Shown: positions 13,180 through 27,577, counted from the first letter of the stretch. The stretch is 64,000 nucleotides of DNA from Eledone cirrhosa (GCA_964016885.1 CAXHJY010001669.1:124001-188000), one strand, 5' to 3'. Notes: generated by a model not told the origin, from the sequence alone. A program made the numbers and translations.

Positions 13180-13327
13180 ACATAAATACATACATACTTT
13201 TGTGTATAGTCGTACTGACGTATAAACACATGTATATAAACATATACATGTGATAGTAAGAAAGTAATTGAAAGTGGATAAGTCAACTCTTACGTTGTTA
13301 ATAAGGGGTGCATTGAACCTGAATTGA

Positions 13328-13387
<60 letters not shown>

Positions 13388-13437
13388 GGCTGTCTTTTTT
13401 TCCGGGTATGTCAATATTTATTTATAAAACAAATCTG

Positions 13438-13503
13438 TATTTTATCTGATGAAAGCGCACCATAATTTGCCTTGGTTGCCCTTGAAATATGTATAATAAA
13501 ATA
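13438..13503 (+). ncRNA. Type I hammerhead ribozyme (family 2, long stem II) in a short PLE end (about 13385-13545) flanked by (TA)n
   Basis: UAUUUUAU-CUGAUGA-AAG.GCACCA..UGGUUGC.CUU-GAAA-UAUGUA-UA-AUAAAAUA. Confidence 0.85.
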
Positions 13504-13541
13504 AATATGGTTTTATAAATATAGTTTCCATTTATTAATAT

Positions 13542-13583
<42 letters not shown>

Positions 13584-13594
13584 ATATGTTTGTT

Positions 13595-13625
<31 letters not shown>

Positions 13626-13730
13626 ATATGTTTGTTATATATATATATATATATATAACAAACAAATAGTTCATCGCTCTACATGGTTGAATACAATAAA
13701 TGTAATCTGATTTCTTTGAATATTAATAAT

Positions 13731-13850
13731 TGTTTCTACTTTAGGCACAAGGCCAGCAATTACCCAGTGCATGACTGGTAAAGGGCCGTAACTCTATGCT
13801 GCAAAGCATGGCGTCCAACTCTCTACCGATACTGCCAATCCGCTGCCCTT
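13731..13850 (-). mobile_element. tRNA-derived SINE fragment, internally deleted
   Basis: Similar to the SINE at 23283-23464. Confidence 0.7.
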
Positions 13851-14444
13851 CTTTGAATATTAATAATAATATTCGATTCGATTGCAATTATGCACCCTCT
13901 TTAAAGCCATGTCAGTAGAACGATGGCGTCATTCTACTGACATAGCTTTAAAGTGACTGTTTACACAATTGCAAACGAATCGAATATTATTATTAATATT
14001 CGAAAACCCGTGACATCGTCTCATCTTCGTGCATTTGCTGCTGTTATCCGAGTGCTTGTGGCGGAGTTTTCCCCAACCGGACCAGAAACTTCAAGTTGGT
14101 TCCTTGCTCTGTGCCCATCGCTCGACGGCCTAAAATTGAAGAGCTGTTAACAAAAGCACGTAAAAAACAACAACATATAATGGCTGCAGAGAGCTGAGAT
14201 CGCAATTATATACTCCCTGGATATTACATCACACGGTAACGCTATCCGCTAAACCCTACCCCACTCATAGCTCACACAGCACACTAAGTCCTGTTATTTC
14301 TCTCTCTCTCTCAAGCACACATACACACACATAAGTTTAACAAGCTATCCGTTTACACTTCGTCTAGCCTGCCTATATATACATATATATATTTTTTTTA
14401 CAACCTTGACCCCCGCGCAGGTAGCTGGTCAAGATAAAAGGCAG

Positions 14445-14562
<118 letters not shown>

Positions 14563-14929
14563 TACATACATACATACATACATACATACATACATGATGG
14601 CTGCCCCCTCGTTATCGAGTATGGTCATTGCACGATATACCATTATTAATAATTATTAATTAATTCTATCGTGCAATGCCTGTGCGTGAAGATATTTTTT
14701 TAAGTGAGGAAAGACTGTGCACTGAGCCAATCCCACTGTCTGAGCGACAGTAGCTATGACCAGAAAAGAAAAAAAGATCAACATCATCGGTAACTACTGA
14801 GCCGCAGGTTTTATATCGGAGTTATCCCAGTTTCCTGAGTTGCCTTCTCCTAGAAGAATGCCCTGACAAAGGCTAGGGGTCCTTCACTCCCTGTGGTTTT
14901 ACCGCGCGGTACATGTGTATATACATATT

Positions 14930-15700
14930 TACACACTTTTGAATGGCCGTTGACTCTTATGAGTTCTTCCGCCTTTTGTCGGGTTTTGTTTTTTGTCCTG
15001 CTGGGTGTCCAAAATCACCCTCCTCACCAAGTAAAAATCTTCAAAGTGAAAGTAATATAGATAAGACAGGCAGTCTATCTTGGACCAACAACTGGTATGT
15101 TGGCTCTTACTTTGAAGGATATGCTTTTGCAATCCAAGAACAGGAAATAACAACAAAATACCTGATTCACAAAAGAGATAGGAATGCAGACAAAATACCT
15201 AAACATGACAACAGATGCACACTGTTGTGAACAAACAACGAAGATGTCACACACATCATAAGCAGCTGTCCAAAAATGTCATCACGATACTATCTACCTA
15301 TGAGGCATGATATAGTGGCCAAAACACTATACAATGCAATCCGTTGAAAGGATAGCCCTAAGCATAAAAGTATAAAAGGTTACAGTGATGTGGAGGACAT
15401 ATGCATACATAATATGAAAGAGTACTGGTGGAATGTTCCAGTGAAAACAGACCAGACATAGTGGTATGTGACAGAAAAGAAGGCATTCACAGTCATGGAA
15501 ATCAACTGCCCAGCAGATGGCAATATAATGCTAAATATTAGTGAAAAGGAAAACATTTATGCTGAATTAATGAGGAATCTGCAGATACTCCAGTCTAATA
15601 TTGTTACAAACTGCCTCAGTACAAAACTTGAAAAGCTGGGCTTTACAGAACCAGAGAGCACGGCTAGTTAGGAAGTTGCAAGTACAGTTTATTAATAGAA
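14930..15700 (+). pseudogene. Dong/R4-type LINE C-terminal relic (CCHC plus restriction-like endonuclease)
   Basis: AIQEQEITTKY, HIISSCPKM..RHDIVAK, RPDIVV, EINCP motifs. Confidence 0.75.
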
Positions 15701-15959
15701 CTGTAGAAATATCGAGTGATAACTACATATAGGCACAGAAATATATGCATGTGTATACATAAAACTAAAAACAAACAAATCCACACATGCAGTAACATCC
15801 ATACCTGTGCACAAGTACACGAAGACACATGCAGACATACATGTGTACTTAACTAGTTGATGTCTAAATTCCAATGAAAGAATCTTGTTTCTATGTTAGA
15901 AATCGGCTCTCTATTGGCGAAAATTTATAAAATTATAACCGTAAGAACATACATAGATA

Positions 15960-17010
15960 GTCTATCTACAATTCAAGATTTTCCATTGCTCCTGAGGTTT
16001 GTGTCGTCTGAAAATTAATCGATGAAGGTTCGACCAGGTCTTCCTCTACTGTGTCTCCCGTGAGTAGGTTCCCAAAATAGTAGCTGTGTATAACTTCCTG
16101 CTTACTTCTCCAGTAATGTCTTGCAAATCATAACTGTCTTTGAGAAATTGTAGTTATCTTGCTCAAAGTTCCTTATTAACTTTCATTTGTAATACGTTGA
16201 CACCAGTTTATGTTTTGTACACCCTTAGCATTTTAGTGTATGCACCAACTAGTTTCTTAAAGTGCTTGTGTCCGGTCCATGCACCTGATCCATAAACAAC
16301 ACCGACTCGACAGATGTTCGTAAGAATGCTCTTTTTCTGGGTAGATCTGACTTTCATATTCTTTCGATTTTGTTCATTGTAGCCTAGACTTAGGAAATTT
16401 TAATGTTAATGTCCTTTTTTGATGAACTCATCCAGCTGCTCAAATATGAAAAACCATCAACTCGATTTAGTATTCCACCATCCGGTGTGACAAGATTTCC
16501 ATCTTCTTGGTTTAGAGACGTGTTCTTTGTCTTGGCAACATTGATGTATAGACCAATTTTCCTGGCAGAGAATACGACTTTATAAAGACGTTATTGAGCT
16601 CAATCAATGGTATTTGATAGAAGAGCTATGCTAACAACAACATCTGTATTACATATAATCGTTGATGGGTTTCGCTTACTTCCTCTTAGTGTCAATGTAA
16701 AGCCGAGATCTTGTTCATTAACAATGGCTTCCATCGTGGCACAGTCCAGACTAATTATAAAAAGATATGGTGCCAATGTGTCACCTTGAAGGACACCCAC
16801 CCGCTAGGATTTCAAAATCTTGGTATCGCCATCAGGGAAGAAACCTTGAGCTTCTGTGTTTATGTAAAGTACATTTATAGGAGAAACTATGGCATCAGGT
16901 ATGCCATATGCAACTAGGATTGACATAAGCTTTCTTCTATATATGGAGTCAAAAGCCTTTTTTGAAGTCAATGAAAGTTAGTACTGCTTTCAGGTTCTTT
17001 GATCTAACGC
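15960..17010 (-). pseudogene. RTE-clade LINE reverse transcriptase relic
   Basis: GVLQGDTLAPYLFII and FIDFKKA motifs; many stops. Confidence 0.85.
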
Positions 17011-17666
17011 ATTCTAGTAGCATTGTCGATGTTTGTGAAACAGTTGATCTATCTTACATACATACGTACATACATACGTGACATACATACGTTGCATACA
17101 TACATACATACATACATACATACATACATACATACATACATACATACATACATACATACATACATACATCAATATATATACACACACGCAGTATATATAT
17201 ATATATATATATATATATGCAAAGCATACATAACAAATCACATATTGAAATCAATTGAAAGACATATTCACATATGCAATACATAGATATTGAGATGAAA
17301 GGGAAAGGGGCGAGGAAGAGAATGTTGGGAAAAGAAGCTGGAGGAAAAAGGAAGAGAGAAGATTAGAGATAGGGGGGGGGGGTATAGAAAGAAAGAGAGT
17401 CAGCGAGAGAGAAAGACAGAGAGAGAGGGAGAGAGAGAGAGAATAATATATGTACGCAATCACCCCTCGAAATCAAATACCGTGTGTGTGAACAATGAGT
17501 AGAAGCGAAAATGCCCGAGAGAAGCGTTCTGCATGAAGTCTATACACACACACACACGCACAAATATGTGTGTGTGTGTGTCTGTGTGTGTGTGTGTATA
17601 TACACACACACACACATATTTGTGCGTGTGTGTGTGTATAGACTTCATATATATATATATATATAT

Positions 17667-17865
17667 ATAGGAAAAAGTATGACCACACGGCAGAGCACAA
17701 GCCGTTTCGACGGCTATTTTTGGACTAGTCCAGAAATAGCCGTCGAAACGGCTTGAGCTCTGCCGTCGGGGTCATACTTTTTCCTATTACCCACTCTACT
17801 ACCCTAAGTATTGAGTACTCTGGTGCGTTATGGTCCATCTGGTTCCTTACCACAATTCCTTCGTT
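17667..17865. mobile_element. Palindromic PLE end containing the 3' half of a hammerhead, flanked by (TA)n
   Basis: About 60-bp arms centred on GGACTAGTCC; GAAA-CGGC-UUGAGCUCU-GCCG-UC. Confidence 0.65.
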
Positions 17866-17883
17866 ATATATATATATATATAT

Positions 17884-18955
17884 ATTGTTATATTTGGGGA
17901 TTGTCATGTTACCAGTATTGCTAATAAAAGTAAACACACGCACCATACGATTTTTCACTTTATTTTTATTACTAGTTATTCGTTAGTTCGTCAGAGTACT
18001 TTCATCACACATTCTGTCTCCTCCTCAACGATTATTTATTCTTGTTTGTGCCTCCTCTTCTTTCTGGTCTTATCTGATACTCAAACTTGTTTTTTGTTTT
18101 GTGGTGCGTTTTTCGTGATTCGTCTCTGCGCATACGTTTACGCCTGCACCTTCGCCTCTGTGTGTGCGTGTGTGTATGTGCCTTTATGCTTGTCGTGTAT
18201 ATGTGCGTTTTATGTGTATGTGTGTGTGGGTTTTTATCTTTCACTGTTTGTGTTTTTTTCCCCATCCTGTCTTCAGTAGTTGAGTTGCGGGCTGTTCCCA
18301 TTCCAATCGTGTTTTCTATTCAAGTTTGGACTATCTTTTATTATGTGTTTGGCCTCCGTAATTTGTCTGAGTATTGCGTCAGTTCTATGTGTGGGTACGA
18401 TCTTTATTTCTATGATATCTATTGAACTCCCGTGTTCCAGTTGGCATGTTGGTATAGCACTGATGAGCTTTGCTCCTCCTTAAGTTCTCGCTAATATTCT
18501 TTTATTCACCTTCCTATGCTACGGGTTGTCTCTCCTATGTATGTTTCGCACCGTCTCTCCATACATCTTGTCCTATAGACTACATTTCAAGTTTTGCAGT
18601 TTAGCTATTGGCTTACCTTACAGACTATACATTTTCTATCTGTACAAGGTATTTTTTAAAGGAATGTGTCCTACTGATCCAGTATTTTAAGGGAGCTCCT
18701 GGTTTTTCTACTACTTTAATCTGCGAATCGTGAAAAACGCACCAGAAAACAAAAAAACAAGATGAAGCAGCAGATTATGACCAGAAAAGGCCTAAAAGAG
18801 AACAAATAGTCATTTAGGAGGTCACAAAATATGTGACGAAAGAACTTTGTCGAACTAACGAATAACTAGAAATAAAGATAAAGTGAAAATCATATGGTGC
18901 GTGTGTTTCTTTTTATTGGCAATCCTGGCAACATGACAATCCCCAAATATAACAA
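17884..18955. repeat. Long inverted repeat (17884-18122 / 18724-18955), possible foldback element
   Basis: TTGTTATATTTGGGGATTGTCATGTT... is mirrored, with visible divergence between arms. Confidence 0.8.
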
Positions 18956-19096
18956 TGTCGGCTTCAACATCAAGATTTCACATCAAGAATCTTGCAAAAC
19001 TAATGCATAAACGTAACACACACACATGAACATACACACACACACGCACACGCACACGCACACGCACACATATATATATATATATAGAGAGAGAGA

Positions 19097-19163
<67 letters not shown>

Positions 19164-19804
19164 GTATATTACTCTATCTTCTACCATATCCCTCTTCTGA
19201 CTCTGTTCTATTACTCTCTATCTTATCATATCTTCACTGCTATAATCCTGACACTTCTCTACCACAATGTACTTCAGTTTCATTTAACGATAAGCTAGAA
19301 TGTTCACAGCAACAACAATACTGTACACGTAATGTCCCAATGTCCATATGTGGCTCCACAGCATGATAAGGTGAGGTCAGCATGGAGGAATTTGAGGATC
19401 ATCGATCAGTGATCAATAAATTACAGCTGGTGTGTATACAATCCAGTAGAGCGGAACTCGTGTCTCGTTTCCGGTTTTCGCTGAGAATGAGAGAAATCAC
19501 GAGAACAGGGAACGAGAAGCTCCGAGAAATGACTCACGTAGACTTAGCTTTGAATAGATAACATACGTGTACACATACATACATACATACATACATACAT
19601 ACATACATACATACATACATACATACATACATACATACATACATACATACATACATACATACATACATGCATAGATACATACATACACGCATACATAATG
19701 CATGCACACATACACACATACATACATAAATACATACATACATGCGTCATGATTACATACATACATAATACATATATACATACATATATACATGCGTACA
19801 TACA

Positions 19805-19837
<33 letters not shown>

Positions 19838-20289
19838 GCATTCATAATGCATATATACATACATATATACATGCATACATAATGCATACATACGTACATA
19901 ATGTATACATACATAATGTATACATACATAATGCATACATACATACATACATACATACATACATACATACATACATACATACATACATACATACACACAT
20001 GCGTGTGTTTGTGTGCACGTATAGTGTGCGTGTGTTCTAGAATGTCGTAACTACATTATCTTATCTTGTGAGAACATGACAAAGGTAAAGTGTTTAAGAA
20101 AACATTGAACAACGTTTGAGTTTAGTTGTTCTTTCGCTTGTATTGTTTTGTGTTTTGTTGCTGTTTGTTGTTGACGACATCCTTGAAATCAATTTGACAT
20201 ATTACCTGACATCTCCCCACCCCCGACAGAGGAGCTTCAGGAGCGGCAAAGATTGTAGAAATGTGTGTTCAGGAGGATCATTATATTTG

Positions 20290-20440
20290 TAAAGGGCGGT
20301 GGATTGGCAGTATCGGTAGAGGTTCGGACGCCATGCGTTGACGCATAGAGTTACGGCCCTTGCCATTCTGAGTTCAAATTCCGCCAAGGTTAACTTTGCC
20401 TTTCATCCTTACGGGGTCGATAAAATAAGGTACCAGTAAT
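20290..20440 (+). mobile_element. tRNA-derived Meta-domain-like SINE (related copies near 22060, 28160, 29085-29240, 52123-52335, 52349-52460)
   Basis: B box GAGTTCAAATTCC and core TTTGCCTTTCATCCTT.CGGGGTCGATAAAATAAG..ACCAG. Confidence 0.85.
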
Positions 20441-20849
20441 ACACATATATATTGTGCCAAATGTAGAAACAATTATATTTGTATGTATGTACCAGCAACT
20501 CCTTATGGAGTCGAAAGTGTCGCTGTCGTGACGGCGTGTGTTGGGCATTTACAAACCTAATGGAACCCGTCCATTCTCAACGTCCGATTACAGCCAATTT
20601 TTTACAGTGGAGAGAGCGAGAGAGAGGGGTGGGGGGTGGCGAGAGGAAGTGAGAAAGATATATGAGGAGGAAGAATTGAACCCAGTATTGGACTGGTATT
20701 TTTTTAACGACCAGGGGTGACCTGAGGCTAAACAACAATATAACAGGCTGGTCATAGGCGAAATAATTTTAACCATAGGTCGGTTCAATTAGAGCTATCT
20801 TAGGGTGCTAAACAAGAACAAGAACAACAACAACAACAACAACAACAAG

Positions 20850-21432
20850 GTTCTCATAACTGGAAGGCTTTTGGTTATGTCTTCTCAATCAAGGATGGTT
20901 TGGAGCTATACAATAACATCAATAACAATTGAACAGATACTTTTTTATCGACCTCGAAAGAATGGAAAGCAAAGTTGACCTTGACGGATATTGAACTCAG
21001 AGGAGAGAGAACTGGAACGAGTACTGCAAAGTATTCTATTCGATGGTTTAACCGCTCTGCCAATTCGCTGCCTTGCGCATTATATAACATTGTAGAAAAT
21101 ATCGCATGTTTATTCAGGAAGGAAAAGGTTGTGCCCGTGACCCCTTTCAAAGCCTCCAAGGTTGGCGAAAAGGAGGAAAGGAGGAATTAATCCACGAAGT
21201 TGAAACCTACAATGTTATATAATGCGCAAAGCAGCGAATTGGCAGAGCGGTTAAACCATCGAATGGAATATTTCGCAGTATTTGTACAAGTTCTCTGAGT
21301 TCAATATCCGTTTAGGTTAACTTTGCTTTCCATTCTTTCGAGGTCGATAAAAAAGAACCAGTTCAATTGTTATTGTATAGCTCCAGGTCATCTCTGATCG
21401 AGAAGACAATCAAAAGCTTTCCAGCTATGAGC
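20850..21432. repeat. Inverted duplication of a SINE and its flank (arms 20850-21095 / 21207-21432)
   Basis: Mirror sequence includes the non-SINE flank TGCGCATTATATAACATTGTAG. Confidence 0.85.
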
Positions 21433-22464
21433 ACCTAGTATTTTATTTTATCGATCACAAGATAAATGGTAAGGCTAACCTCAGCAGGATTTGAACGTAT
21501 GTGGTGAAAAACAATATCAATCAATTACTAATATAATTATTTTTAGAAAATGTAGAAATCCCAAATGCAGAAAATAGCTGTAAACACAGTTGATTGCTAT
21601 AGATAATAGCTTAGAAAATGTAGGAATCTCAGACGTAGAAAATAACTGTAAATACACTCGATTGTTATAAATAATAGCTTTAAAAATTGGGTAAAATATC
21701 ATCATAAATGAAAAAAGTGGTCAGCAGCCACTACGAAGAATTGAACTCCGTAAGAAGTACGGAGTTCCATTCTTTCAAATCTATCCAATACTACGATAGT
21801 TTATTTTCGAAATAGTGTTATGTTTTTTTACGGGAGACAACTCTGAACATTTATCGATTGTATTCTGATTTTATCAGTGAAGCACAACCATCATCGCCCT
21901 TTATCGAAATAATCAGATACCAGAAAAACTCAAAGGAAGTGCTAAAACTGAAATGCCCTAAGGCCCTACAAAACCACAAACAAACGACGTATTGGCAGCA
22001 GCATGAGAGCGCCGAGCGAAATTGCTTTGGGAAAATTTATTCCGATTCCTTGTGCTGTGAGGTCAAATCCTGCCAAGGTCAGCTTTACTTGTCATCCTTC
22101 TCGTGTCAATAAATAAAGTATCAGTCTGGGCTGGAGATGGGTGGGGTGTTATTAAAGCGTCAGACGAGATGTCTTAAAGAATTTACTTAAGGTTCTTTGC
22201 ATTCTGGGTTCATATCCAACATTGGCCTACATGAATAGTTGATTTAATCCACACTCAGTTGGACACCCCCATCTCATATTTGCATGCTTTTTAGCAGAAT
22301 CTATACTCAGTTGTAAGCTTTCGCAGCAGGTCTCCAGTTTGAGAACATCTTGCTACGTATTTCCTACCAGAACACCTAGTTACGTACCACCTATCAGTCA
22401 AGGGTACGACGCTCACTCTTGATTCAGTAATAAAAAAAAACCCTGTGTCACCGGCACCAGAAAA

Positions 22465-23600
22465 CAACAACAGTAACAGCAGTAACAGCAACAGTAGCAG
22501 CAGCAGTAACAACATTAGTAGCAACAGTAGTAGCAGCAACAGCAGTAACAGCAGTAACAGTAACAGCAGCAGTAGCAGTAACAGCCGCAGTAACATTAAC
22601 AATAGCAACATCAACAGTAGCAGCTCAACAGCAGCAACAACATTATTAGTAGCAGCAGCAGTAGCAGCAACAGCAGCAACAACAGTAGCAGCAGCAACAA
22701 CAACAACAGTCGCCGTAACAGTAGAAGCAACAGCAGTAACAGCAACAACAGCAGCAGCAGCAGCAGCAGCAACAACAACAACAACAGTAGCAGTAACAGC
22801 AGCAACAACAACAGCAGCAGTAGCAACAACAGTAGCAGTAACAGTAATTGCAGCAGTAGCAGCAGAAACAAAAGAAGCACCAACAACAGTAGCAGCAGTA
22901 GGAGAAGCAGCAACAACATTAGCAATAGCCGTAACATCAACAACAACAGTAGCAACAACAACAGTAGCAACAACAACAACAGTAGCAACAACAGTAGCAA
23001 CAACAACAGTAGCAACAACAACAGTAGCAACAGTAGCAACAACAACAGTAGCAACAACAACAACAACAGTAGCAACAACAACAGTAGCAACAACAACAAC
23101 AGTAGCAACAACAACAGTAGCAACAACAACAGTAGCAACAACAACAACAGTAGTAACAACAACAGTGGCAACAACAACAGCAGCAGCAATGGAAGCAGCA
23201 ACAACAGTAGCTCTAGCAGCAGCAGCAGCAACAACAGTAGCAGTAGAAACAGTAGTAGTAGCAACAGTAGTAATAGTAATAATTGTTTCTACTTTTGGCA
23301 CAAGGCCAGCAATTACCCAGTACATTACTGGTACTTTATTTTATCGACCCCGTAAGGATGAAAGGCAAAGTTAACCTTGGCGGGATTTGAACTCAGACTG
23401 TAAAGGGACGTAACTATGCTAGAAAGCATGGCGTCCAACCCTCTACCGATACTGCCAATCCACCGTAATAATAACAGTAGCAGTAGCAACAATAGTAGCA
23501 GAAGCAATAGTAGCAGTAGCAGCAGTGGCAACAGTTTGCAGCAACAACAGCTGCAGCAATAGTAGCAGCTACAGTTGCAGCAGCAATAACAGCGACGGCA
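22465..23600. repeat. Compound CAA/CAG/TAG trinucleotide array interrupted by a SINE
   Basis: Direct reading of sequence. Confidence 0.95.
23283..23464 (-). mobile_element. tRNA-derived Meta-domain-like SINE
   Basis: Reverse complement of the SINE core and tRNA-like head. Confidence 0.85.
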
Positions 23601-24079
23601 GCAGTGTTAGCGCCACCATGCGGAAGCGTTAATAATCACTGGTGCTCCTGTTGTTGTTTATGTTCCTGTTGTTCTTTTTCCTTCCCAGTCGAACTTATCT
23701 GTCTGTTATACACTCACACACACATAGACACACACACAGAGACATATATATATACATACACACACATACACCTGTAAAAGGTCAACTCTATCACAGTAGG
23801 CGCCTCTGTGTCAGCTTGACATAACACTGTCCCAACTATATATGCTCACATACGCTCACAAACATACGTTATGTGCATATATATATATATAAGTATAAAA
23901 GATGATGTGCTCAAGCAAGTGCAGAAATGCTATAATGATAGCTTATAGAATAAAGACCCTTAAAAGATGGAAAAAGAAGTTGCAATCGGCTGCAATGAGG
24001 AATTGAACCCCTTATCTTCCAGATACTGGCTACTGTACATAAACCTATCTCGTTCTCTCTCCCCCTCCTCCTCCTCCTC

Positions 24080-24750
24080 CTTCTTCTTCTTCTTCTTCTT
24101 CTTGAGAGGGTCATGGGGGAAGAGTCCTCAAACACTCCTTCCAGTGGGGCCTGTCAAAAGCAACCATCTCCAACTGATCCGGCTGGATCCCCAAGTGTGA
24201 CCATCCAAGCTCATGGATGTTATCCAACCATCTTGCTCGGGGTCTACTCCTGGGACTCCTGCTAGTTTGTTTTGCCCGTAAAATCTGACCAGCGATTCTT
24301 TCCTGAGACATTCTAACCACATGCCCATAGTATCGGAGCTGTGATCTTTCAATTCGGAGAAGTTTGGCTCTACCTGGAGTGACTCTCTGATTTTCAGGTT
24401 ACGCACTCTATCGAGTAACATTACTCCAAAGACCCTTCGGAGGAATCCCATTTCGGCCACTTGTATTCGCGATTGCATTTTTCGGTCATTATCCAAGATT
24501 CATGACTAGAGGTAAGGGTTGGCACGAAAACCGGATTGAAGATAGCGAGTTTGGCTTTTACGCCTACCTTCCTTCTGATTACCTATTTCTGAAACTGGCA
24601 CATTACTGCACCAGCTTTTGCAATTCTTGCACTTAATTCAGCCTCTTGCTTTCCATCACTCGTGAACACGGCCCCGAGATACTTGAACTTCTCTTCCTGC
24701 TTCAATGGAACTCTATTCACAAGTAGAGTGCACTGCGCAGGCTTCCTTGA
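24080..24750 (-). pseudogene. RTE-clade LINE 3' end with (GAA)n tail
   Basis: KFKYLG, AEMGFLRR, DRVRN..IRE and RPRARWLD motifs. Confidence 0.85.
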
Positions 24751-24951
24751 TATACTTTGGATATTTTTTCGTCTTTATATATATATATAATTATCATACA
24801 TACCATGCCGAACTTCAATGTGTCCGACGTGTTGTGTCGCTGAATTATTAAATGAATATATCCCACTCACAACACAACGGGCTTACATCGACGCTGGAAA
24901 TAGTAACCAAAAACCGTCTAAATCTGCTCAATAATGATGGAGTAGTTAATA

Positions 24952-25480
<529 letters not shown>

Positions 25481-25630
25481 AATGCTTAGTAATGACAGTC
25501 GTGAGAATGAGTACTCAATGTCGTAGTAGAGATTAATATATTCTTTATTAAATTCAAACTTGAGTCTTGAGACTCTGGAGTTTCTCCTCTGTACTCACAA
25601 GATCGTCCTGAATGCCTGCTTCTCTCTCTC

Positions 25631-25665
<35 letters not shown>

Positions 25666-26349
25666 GTCGGTGTGTGTGTATTATCTACATTTTGCTGAGG
25701 TCCTTTATGAGTTTCACCTTCCCAGGACCAATAATATGTTGATGGGTTCTCGATCGGTTTTATGATGAGAATTTTAATTTTTCAATCGTCTGAACTAGCT
25801 ACTTGTTAAAATAACGTGTAAGTGGCTAAGTTCTTTATAGACACGTCTACTGTTAACGAAATTCAAAGTTTGAACATTTGAATTATTGGTACAACCCACT
25901 CAAAGTACTTCCAACACAGTTTCCGCCTACCCAATATCACTAACAAGGCTTGTGTTAACCCGAGATATAGTAAAGTTAATTTCTCAAGGTGCCACACCGT
26001 GTATCTAAGTATAATATCTGTCTAAAGCCCGATAGTGCGTTTGGCTGGTGCTTAATCTCTCCTGGACAGGACGCTAGTCAATTGCAGGGTTTAACCCCCA
26101 ACTACTGCTGGTACTCATTTTCAGCTGAGGAACTCAACGCACAAGCCGACCTGGGAGTCGAACCCACGACATTATAATGGTAAGTTCAATCCACTAGGTC
26201 ATAACCATTATTGTCAAGCGAACATCTTAATACCAGCGTTCAGCGTTGGTAATAACAACCACGTTAAGCACTGAAATTGAATTTATCAAGTACTCCACCC
26301 TTTTGAAACAAAATGTGTTTTGGTGTCAACGTTAGAAACATTAGGATTA

Positions 26350-26832
26350 CTAGTAGAAAAACCACCCTACGGGTGGTTTTCTGCTAGCATGTGTAGTGTG
26401 TATATTGATATTATACACAAATATATATGCATGTAGATATGATACATCAAATAAAATCGTAATTGACAATATACACCGAAATTGAACGAAGTCTATGCTA
26501 CACTGTCTTCTGTAATCAGTAATCCATGATACATTTAAAAAAAGACGATATTATATATAAACTGCATTAGGAGAAAATTAGCGACGAAAATACTGTATAT
26601 GCGATATTTTTATAAGTGTTATAATATAACGGCCGCTAACCGGAAGTGTTGACATTTGAAAATTTTAAAGAAGTGAATTTTAAAGGTCTTTAAATAAGCT
26701 ATAAAATATATTTAATGAACAGCCACGAAATTTAGCACATAAATTATCCAGTAATCCAACTTATTTTACAAACGGGGTAAAAAAATATATTCTGGACGCA
26801 ATCCCGCACTCCTTTCTTTATTATAGTTAAGA
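26350..26832 (-). mobile_element. Non-autonomous Helitron
   Basis: A|TCTTAACTATAATAAAG 5' end; 3' hairpin AACCACCC-GTA-GGGTGGTT then CTAG|T. Confidence 0.75.
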
Positions 26833-27074
26833 TGTAGTAGCTTGATGTGGCAGTAGATAAAACCCACTCTATTTGATGGGCCGTATTTTTTGCATATTTG
26901 TTTCTTCCTACATTCTCAATCCGCAATTAGATAGAAATACAAGTTATAAATATTATAGAATCACTTCAGCAATTTCGACGCGTTTACATTTCCTCTGTTG
27001 ATACCAAATATGTTGAACCTCGGAGTTACTTCTCGTTGTATAATCGTTGTTTACTTCAACGTTTCATGACTGAA

Positions 27075-27400
27075 GGTTAACATGTCCGCTTTGCAATCAT
27101 TAAGGTCTCGTGTTCGATCCCATTGCGTGGTATCTAGAGCAAGTGTCGTTTACCATAGTATCGGATCGACCTATGCCATGTGAGTGAAATTGGATAAACG
27201 GAAACTGTTTGGAAGCCTGTTTGATGGATTGCTGTACCTGTAATTCAAAGGGCTTACCTTGTCACACACACCAGGTCATACTGAATCTCTCTGAGAATTA
27301 CGTTAAGGGTACACATGTCTGGGGAATGCTCAGCCACTTACCTGTTAATTTTATGAGTAGGGGTTCCAAGATCGCAACAGTAATTTAACGATCGCTATTC
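27075..27400 (+). mobile_element. OK-like tRNA-derived SINE (related decayed copy at 25790-25997 on minus)
   Basis: GTTCGATCCC B box; GCAAGTGTC..CTATGCC.TGTGAGTG..ACGGAAACTG body recognised from memory of octopus SINEs. Confidence 0.7.
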
Positions 27401-27530
27401 ATGCAAATGATGTCTCACAGTTCTTAATTATTCCTAAGTGCTTCTATTTTCCTAAACCAACAAATATACATTCTTGTATATTTATTTAGGAATTCTTTCA
27501 CCACTTCTTCGACAAGTACTGTGAAGGCAT

Positions 27531-27577
27531 TAATTCACTGATGATGTTAGAATAACGCCGAAACATGTCCAGGATTG
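27531..27577 (+). ncRNA. Putative hammerhead ribozyme (family 4), imperfect stems
   Basis: CUGAUGA-UGUUA GAA UAACG-CC-GAAA-CAUG-UC; palindromic ACAUGU stem III; weak stem I. Confidence 0.55.

Noticed and set aside
14660-14905. Possible RTE 5' end with an HDV-like ribozyme on minus
   Set aside because: Resembles RTE 5' UTRs from memory, but I could not fold a convincing nested double pseudoknot
22291-23374. Long poly-Ala/Thr/Val/Leu ORFs (344, 309 and 217 aa)
   Set aside because: Artefacts of a trinucleotide array that run into a SINE; the same applies to the (CA)n, (TA)n, (GA)n and (TACA)n ORFs throughout the window
25560-25615. Hammerhead remnant on minus (GGACGA...GAAACTCCAGAGTC)
   Set aside because: Core and stem I are mutated; not called as a ribozyme, used only as context for the bulged hairpin
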